DNA of 64,000 nucleotides. Source: Ruditapes philippinarum. Taxonomy: Eukaryota. A program made the position numbers and the translations under genes. Positions 53,301-64,000 of the stretch are shown here, piece after piece (position 1 is the first letter of the stretch; every line of letters starts with the position of its first letter). The notes beneath the pieces are model-generated. The model ran no database searches. It saw nothing but the letters and a program-made list of their open reading frames with translations, and was not told where the DNA came from. The stretch is from contig NW_026852008.1 in assembly GCF_026571515.1 (NCBI RefSeq), forward strand, positions 682,001 to 746,000, given 5' to 3'.

Positions 53301-54822
53301 ATCAAAGTACAATTGTCTTTATTCTAACAACTGAGCGACTGTTTTAATTTACAAATTGAAACATGTTATGATTTTTTGTTTGTTCATTTTTTGATAATGT
53401 GGATGTGCTCTTCTAGGTTAAAGTATTAAGTACAAATAACCGACAAACAATGATCCCATCTCACATGTCTACATGGTTTACAAACATAATACATATACTA
53501 ATGTAGTAACTGGTAAACACAACATAAAGGAAATAGCAATGTTATATCTGCTTTACTAAAGTAGAACTACAAACTTTGTACTAGCTTGTTATATACATTG
53601 CAAAGTCTCTAACCTAGAAGGCAAGTGATTTTGAACATTGTCCAAAGAATGTGACACGTTTATGCTATGGTCATTTTGAAACCAATAAATAAATAAATAA
53701 ATAATAAAATAAATAAATAAAAATGACAAAGCACGCTTAATACAGCAATCAAATGATCAACATTGTAATACTTATTTTTATATCGATATCATAGACATCA
53801 TGGTAATATACGTGTATATAATAATATGATAAAAATGTAAAAGTGACTGTGAAGTTGGCAGAGTGTTTACTTTAAACTTTATTCATACAATAAATTGTAC
53901 ATTAACAACATTAACAAACATTTCACAACAAAGAAAATCAGACTGAATTGGATAACAAGTAAAACAATACTTATAAGTAAAGGTAAAATTTCAAAATAAA
54001 GATACAGAAATGTTGCAGTTAGATGTAATCTCTTTGAATGTACAAATAAGAATTAGAAAATATATCACAATAGAGAGACTAAGGAAATTAGTGTAAAATA
54101 TCAGACGAAAGGAAACATGTAGGGAGAATGGCAGAGTGTTTAAAGTTCGACATAAGCACAACATTCAAATAGCCAAGCCCGGATGTTATGCTTGTACAAC
54201 ATTCTGTGCAGCGATTAGAAATCATGTATTAAATTGCAGAAACACAAAACATTGTGGTAGCAAGGCATTCAATACGACATTCAGCACAACATTTGTAAAT
54301 AGTGCTGGTACAGTAACGGTATACTACAAATTTTAAACTGGCACGCACAACATTGCAGTAAAACATTCATCAAAACATTAACATTTAACGTTATTTTTTT
54401 TAGAATTGATATGGAATCGGATTCTAACCACAAAAGTTACTATACAATTATATTTGTGAACTCGAACTTAGCAAAGTTTATAGTGCAGAATAATACAGCA
54501 TTTTCACTTGGTATATGAACTTGACCCGTGATCCAATGACCCAATGCTTGATAATCTGAGCATGCCAGCATTATTTTTCTTGTCTATCTTAATACAAAGC
54601 GTGAATTGTGTGACGTTTGGGCATGTGGACATTATTCTCGCAAACAATTTTCATCACCTTAAAACATGTGAAAATTCCGTTTCTCTTGCAAGGGGGCTAG
54701 GTGTTTACTACGATATTTCGCAAATTTTGACACATTTTGTACGTGTGACGTATTTGTGAAATTTGCCGTTCAGCAGGGCACTACGGTCTTGACTGTGTAA
54801 AGACTAAGTCACATAATTGTCT

Positions 54823-57764
54823 TCAGATATTTGAACCTTTACGACTTGTTTCTTCAGTGTCATTTGCCTCATGACTATCAAGTAAACTTTCTATTTCATG
54901 TGTTTGCATACTAGAGTCACTTATTTCATTGGCGTTGCACGCTGCTTTGTTTTTGTTAACCTTGGCTGGTGGTCTTACAGACGCCAAAGGTTTAACCAGT
55001 ACTGTTTTAGTAGTGGAACTCGGTACCGAATCTGTGCTGTCACTTGGTGAGCCTGTTGTGGAAACAGGCCGTCCTTGATCTGAAATGATCAGGAAAATAT
55101 AGGCACAATTCGAGGACAGGAACATTCTTGATACATAATAACGTTCTTACCAAAATATAATTATAACGTAGATCAATAAAAATAAGTTTACTGAAATAGA
55201 TCAAATTTGAATATAAAGCGTTTATAAATACATTGTCGCTCCATATCTGATATGATTAACAAACTATAAACAACAGAATAGTAAACAAGTTAAAAAATGC
55301 TATTTTAATCGATAATCAATACTTTGTTTGAAACAAATGGTAAAAAGCTTTAAGAGACCTAGTGAGCGTTTAAAGTTATGTTAGTATACATAATATATTT
55401 TATGCTTTACCAATGTCACCATTTGTTTAGAAAAAAGAGAGAAAAACATAGAATGCGGTAAATAGTAAAACATGTATAAAATGCTGAGATCCAGTACATC
55501 ACGTAAAGTGACGACAAGTGAAATTCATTGTACTAATAAAGTATGAAAACAGTTAACAAAATCATACTATAAAACATTGACCGTTTTATTCACCAGTCTA
55601 GAAATGTACTTTGCTTGGCAAGAATCTATAAAATCTCGTATCTTATAAATCCTAACCGACAAGAACAGGTTTAGGCATTTACTCTCGATCAAGTTTGGAT
55701 ATTCCTGTTCAATATACAATCCTGGTTTTATTTATAGGTCATAATCATTGGGACTCCAGACTTGTTTAGCAATAGAAACAGCTCAGCGTGTACAGAATTT
55801 CATCAGATATTTTACTGATTTGTTTAAACTGAAAATACACACTATCTTACCATAAGTTCTATAAGAAGGTGGACCAACACTGTTTTCTGCTATATGAATA
55901 TTAAGATTTTCAGGCCTAGGTGAATGTCCGCAATAATGACAAACTCCCTGGTTTTCCAAAGTACTCTCCTGGAATAAGTTATCTACTGAACATGTTCTTG
56001 TATTAGTTCTGTAATGTATTGTTTGACTTTGATTTTTTGTTTTCTTTTCTTTCGAAACTTTTTTACGATGAATATAATATGCGATAAAAGATAACAGTGT
56101 AACCACTAGCAGAGTTGAAGAGATAGCGCTGTATATCATTATTAGATGTACTGAGCCTGAATCATCTGGAAACAAACAAAAACATTTCACAAGTACTTTC
56201 ACTTTTAATTCTTTGAGCAGCACATCGTGTATATTTCGATAATATAAAAAATAATCAATTATTTATCATTCATTATTATTATTTATCATTTATTTACTCA
56301 TCCTTTACTTATTTAATTTGAAGATAATCTTTTGTTTAAAGTTTATAAATCTTACTTTGCACATCAGTCCCATGTCTCGCCTGTGGTGAGGTAATTGTTG
56401 TTGGTTTCAAAGTTGTTGTTACTATAATATATCAAAATTCATAGATATTTATAAAAAGGGAAATTATTTTCATGTAACAATCGGTGAAAATGGTTTTTAA
56501 ATAAACCGCAGAGGTGGCCTAACGTTACAGGGCCAAAATCATTTATTGGATATTGCAGGTTCAAACCCCGATTGGTATTTCATCTATAAAAATGTAATTA
56601 ATGGCTTTCTCACTTAATCTCAGCTTAACCTAGCAGTTGGCCAGACTGGTGTCGATAAAATTAACCCGGGTCCTAGGTTATAATGCAATTTTTTGTATTT
56701 AGTATAAAATCTCAGGATTTATAATGACCAGTGTACTTTCTGAGCTGATTTTAAGACCAAACAAAGTTTAAGCATAGATAATTTCTTAAAACCTTTAACC
56801 CGGGATAGGATATCATATTTCAGAGAAGTGGTAATTTTAACCATAACTCTGCTGGACCGGAAGTGATATGATTGGCAAGCCATCGTCACCAGTATACAGC
56901 CAGGCAAACCTGAACATCATATTCCCAAAATTCATTACGTATAGTTTTATCTGGTCAAGTCCATTTAAGAATTCCATCAGGTTTATATACCCAGTATACA
57001 GTCTCCATTGAATGCGAGGCCTATTTAATACTCAACCGATGTAATACAATGAACGCTTTTTACTTTATTTAACATTTATGTGTAGGCTTGTATCGGGATA
57101 GGCTGGTACATTGTGTTCTAAACGTTGGTACAATCACGCTTTTAAACTGCTATTTTAAGCATTAGTCAAAGAAAACAAAACCGCACGTATATTATATTGA
57201 CTTAAACAATTAAAAAGCACCCGTTTTAAGGATCGTCAAACACATGTAGATACAAAGAGTGAACATGTTCCTAACATAATGCTATAACATACATACAGAA
57301 AATTAAGAGTAATTTATTAAATAAAGAAATTTGAATATTATAATGAAATTAAGAGTGTATGAACATATTTAAAACAAATCATTATTAATATATATATTTC
57401 TACCCATTTTAAAAAAATAAATAAATAAATAAATAAATATAGTTTTATAATATATTCAATAAATTATACTAATTAGATTATAAATATTATTTACTTACAT
57501 TCATTCTGCTTTAAACAAATATACCGGCACGCCAACGGAACATTTGTTTGCCTACAGATAGCCCTAGAACAGGGATTACACCTTCTTTCATACCTCTCCG
57601 AATTACAGTATTGAGTAGGGAAGGTACACACACCCAACTTTAACAAGGAAAACTGAAACTTTTTGTACACCCTAAAACTTAATGCCCGGGTTTTTAACTG
57701 TAAAGGGTTTAATTAAGGGAAAAAGCGTTGGGAATTAAAAGGGACCAACCAGGGTTTAAAACAT
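54823..57764 (-). CDS. Single-pass Cys-rich receptor, Grindelwald/TNFR-like paralog B (5' end garbled; start approximate)
   Basis: Exon 1 ends at 57499 (..GVCTFPTQYCNSERYERRCNPCSRAICRQTNVPLACRYICLKQNE). Then 56421-56356 (Thr-rich stalk), 56165-55851 (TM LIMIYSAISSTLLVVTLLSFIAYYI followed by HRKK and PPSY) and 55079-54823; all junctions are phase 1. Confidence 0.7.
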
Positions 57765-58165
57765 TATTTTAAAAATTTAATGCATTTGGGTCTAGTCATA
57801 GCTATATTTTACTAGATATTTGAAAATCTTTTGGAAAGCCCAAAAATCTATTTACATTCACACAGCTCACTCATTGGAAAACCACCTAATTTATTATTAG
57901 ATTTATCTATGGAATGCATTTGTTTCATTCATTCATTCATTCATTCAGGTATCATACTGATTTTATCTGTAGCATGTTACACTACGATATATAGAATGTA
58001 TGTTTTAATGTTTGCATACCGAAAATAAACCGGTAGCAATTGACATTTAAATGCAATCACTTTAATGTTCTTGTAGGATATTATTTGTGACCTTTCGACA
58101 TTAGGTAAATTTATTTCATCTGTACTAAATATAGTTTCAAGTTTATAAATATACATTTAACTTAA

Positions 58166-58370
58166 AGCAGCATGCCTGTTTATTTTCATGAAAATTTTGA
58201 AAATGAATTAAAAAGTAAATTATTGTGAAGTGAATAAAATGTAAAATCGCTCATAACATAGAAATTATTACTTTTATCTTGAATCTTTTTACTTTCCTTA
58301 AAATCTCAGTACTTTTTACTCAAGTTTTTTTTTTCTTGAAATATTCAAGCTCATCTGGAGGCATGCAGCT
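58166..58370. mobile_element. Kolobok-type MITE with TTAA TSD
   Basis: TTAA AGCAGCATGCCT ... AGGCATGCAGCT TTAA; a related left-end remnant lies at ~42216. Confidence 0.7.
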
Positions 58371-60355
58371 TTAAAGGAATGCGCCACAATATTGTGCACT
58401 TTAATCATATTGAATAATTACAATCAGAATAATACAAAAAACATTAAACGTTATATATTTATGCCACAGTTTTCCACGGTTTCAAACATATTATTTACAT
58501 GTCAATTTACATAAACGGTTGTTTACAATATAACCAAACAACTGTTTATATAGAGCCATATAACCTGTCAACAATCTTTACAGCTAATACGAACTATCAC
58601 CAAATATATTTAATTAGATTTGACAAAACAGTTATTTCATTGCAGTAACTTATTTAAAAAAAGCTTTATGTGATGTTTGAAGAATACCATTTTCATCTTT
58701 TCGGTGTATTTGAAGGATAAAGTACATTTTGTACAAGGGAACGAATCCCTTAATCGATGAGATAAAGTTTACGAAAGAACTAACTAAAAAGACGTCATGT
58801 ATTCATGTCTGGGCTAAAGTCACGCCAATACTGGGTAAATTGGCAAAATGATTTGTCAACAGATTGGAAAATTAATCAAATTAACCAGATAAAAAACTCT
58901 TGAAAACCATTGGCAAGGAGGGGGTTTCACAGACAATGTATAAATATATATTGAAGCTATAACTGAAAGTTAAAGTAAAATCGAAGAAAGATTTTAGCCT
59001 AGTAAACCGAGTTGCAGAAACACTAAAATAATAATATTTTATAACGGTAAAACTGAGGTTTTAAACGACAATAATATATTTGTTTTAGAAGCGCATTAAA
59101 AACATACAATGCTGTTAAACAGACTCAAAATGGGAAAGCCTGTGGTTGTGTTTATATTGAAAAGTGATTGCTCCGTATCATTTCTTCACATTTTGTATAA
59201 CCTTTATCTAACGGAATTATTCCTTCTGAATTGAGTAAGAAATAAGTACTTTTCTTAAGTCAATGGCATCTTAAATTAGAAATCCACTATTATCATATAG
59301 GAGCTTCCCGTTGTATTGTACAATTTTTAAATGGTTGTCTATCATTCTGGGTGGAATCTAATGATACAGCCTGTGACGCCCAAAATGGTTTTAGGACTTT
59401 CCCTAGGTACGTGCTAGTTGTTAAGAAGACACAGGTCATCGACAGATGATTGAAGAACCAATGCTACATGTAAGCTGGCAATTTCGCATCTTTTTCACAG
59501 CTCGGGGTAACGTTTAAAGCGGTACGACTTAGCTTGCATGAAATTAACTACCGGTGTCCTGACTTAAGTCGAGGGGAGTGAGTCTCTAGTACGATTGACG
59601 GCTTGTAAGGCAGGCATTTGCTTGGCACCAACATCTCTTTTTAGGGCTACCTTCATTCATTATTGTCTCAGATTACACATTGACCGCCGTGCAGTGACCT
59701 ACTTTTGGCTCAAAATTCATATCTTTGCCTAATACTACGTGGAAATTGCATGGAGGTAAATTTTCACCAATTTGTGCTTCAAAATTAACTTTTTAAGATC
59801 GTGAATTGTGACATGTCCGGCGTCCGTACTCGACAGCGAAAGCTGCTTTTTGTGTCTTACCGGGCGGATGGACCCTCATACGTACGTTTTAGGAAAGGAC
59901 GCAGTTCCAGTATTCATGTGTCACCATCAAATTATATTGTAGAAAGTAAAAAGAAACAAATGCTTTCAAGTTTGTGCGTGTTTTTTATTTTCTTAGGGCA
60001 TATGAATTCATTGATTGAGCAATCTCATGGAACAAATTAACTAGGAAAGGTATGCATAGTTATATGTTATCACTGTATAACTCTGTCTCATCATGTGTAA
60101 GAATAAATCGCTCAACAACTGGACAGTTTGAAATAAATTGTTTGCTCCGAATTGCTTGTTTTCACCTTATATAATGTTTGATAACAAAACACAAACAGCT
60201 GCATGAAAACTATAAGCTAAAGCAATATATATTTGATGGTCAGCCGCGAATAAGCCACGTTGTATATTTTCTTAACAATGCTGCTAACTCGCCTCTAGTT
60301 CGCGAGAGCGTTATTGAATGATGACACTTTAAACTGTCTTATTTTGTTATCAATA

Positions 60356-60783
60356 TTAAGATACCGTGTCTTTGTAAGTTGTTGGTTTATAACACCCAGC
60401 TCTATCAGTGTCTGTTGGGTTAACGGTTGTCAGTTTTCTTTTACCATAACAATCTGAAAGAATGATGGAATCATTAAACTAAAGTTACAATATTACGATA
60501 ATAAATGATATTTATTGATACACCAAACTTCTATCGATTTTTTTTCTATTTGGACTTTCTAATATTTCACATTTCATTTACATTAGATTCTTTTTTAAAA
60601 TCATTCTTGCGAAGTTTTTAGGACTAGATTTTTAAACCTTTTTCTTGTGAAGAATTTTCCTTTTTTCTCTCTTGTTCAGCTGACTTTAATAAATTCTTCA
60701 CATCTTCATATTTCATTGTATTATTTCGCAGTCTGAAAGAATAAATTAAGTCTTAACATTAATATGCATTGCCTAATAATGAA

Positions 60784-60828
<45 letters not shown>

Positions 60829-62424
60829 GTCAGTCAGTCAGTCATTCAATCAATAAAATCAATAAACCAAGATGTGAAAAACATCATCAATATCATTTAT
60901 TCAACGGTTTCATATGAAAATGAGGAATTACCATTGGATAAACACACAACAATTTGTATACACTGAATGTTAAAAGCAAAAACATTAGAAAGTAAAGAAA
61001 AAACACTTGTAGGAAATGAACCGATACTTACTTTTGTTTCAGTTTGAAGTTTTTTATTATAAGAAAACCGACAGATAAGACAATAACCCCCAAAAGTGAA
61101 GCCACAACAATTAGCGCAACCACTGAAGATCCGGCTGAAAAAAAATCGTACAGTATATAAAAGTACATGTATATCATTTAGAGAAAAACTAGAGAAAAAC
61201 TGAGCAAAAGAATATGGGTTGAAAGAATAACAAGGCTGGTCTTATGATATACTTTAAACTACTTTGAAAATAGTGTTTTAACATTATTTGAGTCTATGGA
61301 AATGTCGAAGACTATCAAAATAATTCGTATTTAAATCATTTTAAGCAAATAAGATACCGTATAAAATTACAGTACTTGAGGTAACCTCAAAAAAAGTAAT
61401 TTTTAATAACAAACATAGCTTGCCTATGTGTAATCATTTTATAACAAATAGCCAAAGCAATATGATATGCACGATATAAAACAAGTTTATAATAAATATT
61501 TAAATTATTTTTAAGTTGATAAACCGTTTCACGATTAAACGTGTTCCTTAAAATTACTGAATCTATTAATACAAACTTTGGATGATAAAAAATAATTATC
61601 TACTTTGTATCAGAAACATCTAATCACGCAGAAACAGCGATTACCTGTATTCTCAGTTGTACTTTCACTTTCATTTTGTTCTGAAAGAAAAGAAATAAAA
61701 TATGACAAGTAGTACACTTAACGAAACTTATAAGTACTCCGATTTCAAACTTGCAGGAAAACTCCGGTTTTATTTGATTTTTTTTTACAATGGTGATCTC
61801 AGTTACTGATAAGTTTGAGTTATTGTAAAATGCATTTACTATTATAAAATGATGAGACTATGATAAAAGTTTATACAGTATCGACTTAGACTAGTTATAG
61901 TAATTCTAACACAATAAAATAAAAAATTGGTCGGAGTACTTATAAGTTTCGTTAAGTGTATCTTTGTAAGGAAAATCTGTAGTGACTAATGTTTTTAGAG
62001 TAGTTGTTTTTGTTGTAAAATATCCTATTACTTGTGGATTGATCTGTACATTTGTATATATTTCAATAAAACAAATGCTTTTCTTTTCATCTAACTTATG
62101 AATTTGTGTACATGTGTGAACAAAATATTTTTTTTGTATATATTCGCATGATTGTAAAAAAAGTCTCAAATTTAATTTAATAATATACGTACCTATTAAA
62201 GAACAATTATACTGACACTGAAGAGGTGGCTGATCCTGTCTACAAACACTAGGATAGCAAGGTATACATCGTTGTTCGTATTCCTCTGAAGAACAGTATT
62301 CTAGTGGCCATGTACAAATTCCTTTGGTATAACATTGAAACTGAAAAGGTTTTAGCAATGCCGGATTACAAGTTTTAAAGTAAAACGATCCCAAAATTAT
62401 GATAAATATTGGAGAGAAACACAT
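60356..62424 (-). CDS. Single-pass Cys-rich receptor, Grindelwald/TNFR-like paralog A
   Basis: Exons 62424-62193 (signal peptide and 8-Cys domain), 61680-61645, 61134-61032 (TM VVALIVVASLLGVIVLSVGFLII followed by K-rich stop-transfer), 60732-60638 and 60453-60356. Phases are consistent; the last donor (GTTTAA) is weak. Confidence 0.75.
60786..60855. repeat. (TCAA)n/(TCAG)n microsatellite
   Basis: Directly visible. Confidence 0.9.
61715..61958. mobile_element. Tc1/mariner-type MITE (TA TSD)
   Basis: Perfect 28-bp TIR CACTTAACGAAACTTATAAGTACTCCGA with TA at 61713-61714 and 61959-61960. Confidence 0.85.
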
Positions 62425-64000
62425 TCTGATGTCTTAAGGTTCGATGTGTTGTTTAATAAGACAGTGAAACTTATGCCTTTTAATATTTTTTTTATCATGA
62501 TTGTACCTATAGGAGGATGGGTACACGGATTCCCATACTGTCATCATATCTATATATACATACTAAAATATATTTAGCAAACAGTACCGCAGTTTTATGT
62601 ACATTATATATAGATTCGAAAGATACCATTGATGATTGTTCAATCCCGCACTGCAAATAAGGTCGTTTTTGGCCAAAGGTATATTGTATATGCCGATTTG
62701 CCTATAAACTGAAACTGTTTTTGGAGAGTGCAAGAAAATGCCGTTTTAAGAGATGGAAAGTTAAAACATATAGATGAATATAACAGATAAATAATACATT
62801 ATTCTATAAATATATAATGCGAATTTTTACTCTTTTATAATTATGTATTTAGTGATATTTACCGGCACAAACACTTTTTCATTATTCCTACAATGTTATA
62901 AATGCAAAGTTATCATCTATCATATTTTGGGCCCATATCTTGATTTATTTGTCAATATAATTATGTAAATGTATGTGAATGTATTTTATTAAAATGCATG
63001 TTCATTCAAACTTTACATATTAAGAAAATTCTCTACAACATTCTACCAATGCAATGGACAGTTACAATTTTAGAAAGAATATTAGTAATTCAACATCCAA
63101 CCAGTATGAAACATATTTCAAAATAAATGAAGGACAGTTGAGTGGTCCGATAAAACTTATGGTTGGTGTGTAAAACAGGTCGTTGGCATGGTGGTATGTA
63201 AATTTTACTAAATGACATCTATAAATATTTCAGCAATATCACATGCTACATATGTGCTGGGATTCCAGTTGATAAACATTTCATTAGGGATTCCTTTTAA
63301 CTGTTTTTTTCACAAACGATTTGTTTATTGATTTCAAGTTCTTTCAACAAAGTATAACATTATTTTTTGTCCAATCACATTGTAGTATTTTTCAAATTTC
63401 TGCTAAGTCTAACTTTGGTTAATACGTACTAACTAAAAAAATTACTTAATCTGTCGTCTAAATAGTCTAACAATTTCAATAATGCATTATATTAGGGAGG
63501 AGTTAGAGGTGTGATTTGCACTCTGAATTGTAAAATATCTAAAACAATGCCAACGTAAAAAAACAATTAAGCGAGGTCAGGTGTTTCTAAATGTGAGGAT
63601 ACAATTAATCAATTAATTTATTACATAGATAATACATGTGGGGCAAACAGAGACAAATGATTACATAGTAACATAGAAAAATGTCTGTCTGTTTTAAACT
63701 TTGTATAAAACTTTGTTTATCTTTTTTAAACCTGCGGCAGGCTTGACCAATTATTTTTGTTAATACATATTATCAAACACTAACCTATACTTAATGACTG
63801 AATGAGATATCCGTACTAGGGTGAATAATATAATTATAGTACTGCTTATAGATAGTAAATATTCAACGGAATTGGTGCCCATTCATCTTTTATTTTACTG
63901 ACTTAATATATATATAGCTAAATTTGTTTATAAATAACTATTGCTATAGCAACATGTCTATTCTGAATATGCAACTTAAGCAATATTTGTAGATATGGCT

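Noticed and set aside
61906-62192. Thr-rich continuation (TTKTTTLKTLVTT) of the 172-aa ORF as an extra exon
   Set aside because: It lies past a good donor at 62192, has no convincing acceptor/donor pair, and runs into a MITE; treated as intron read-through.

Overview
This is AT-rich, intron-containing animal genomic DNA; the repeat families suggest a bivalve mollusc, but that is inference. Host genes, with exons read by hand and splice phases checked: the 5' ten coding exons of UBE2O (- strand, running off the left edge), an intronless EMRE/SMDT1 (+), BLOC1S6/pallidin (-) head-to-head with FAM241B (+), and two tandem paralogous single-pass receptors (-) with a single 8-Cys domain resembling Grindelwald-type TNF receptors. 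A 6.4 kb two-gene PIF/Harbinger transposon (degenerate DDE transposase plus Myb/SANT gene) sits about 67 bp upstream of the UBE2O ATG and carries a nested 2 kb TTAA-flanked Kolobok-type element. The rest is dense with non-autonomous Helentron/HINE-like elements carrying 144-173 bp tandem arrays (several nested), TIR elements with 2-, 4-, 5-, 6- and 7-bp target duplications, tRNA-derived SINEs and an L2-like LINE 3' fragment. There is one 174-N gap. Most short ORFs in the supplied track are repeat or antisense artefacts. No database searches were run; family calls come from motif recognition.
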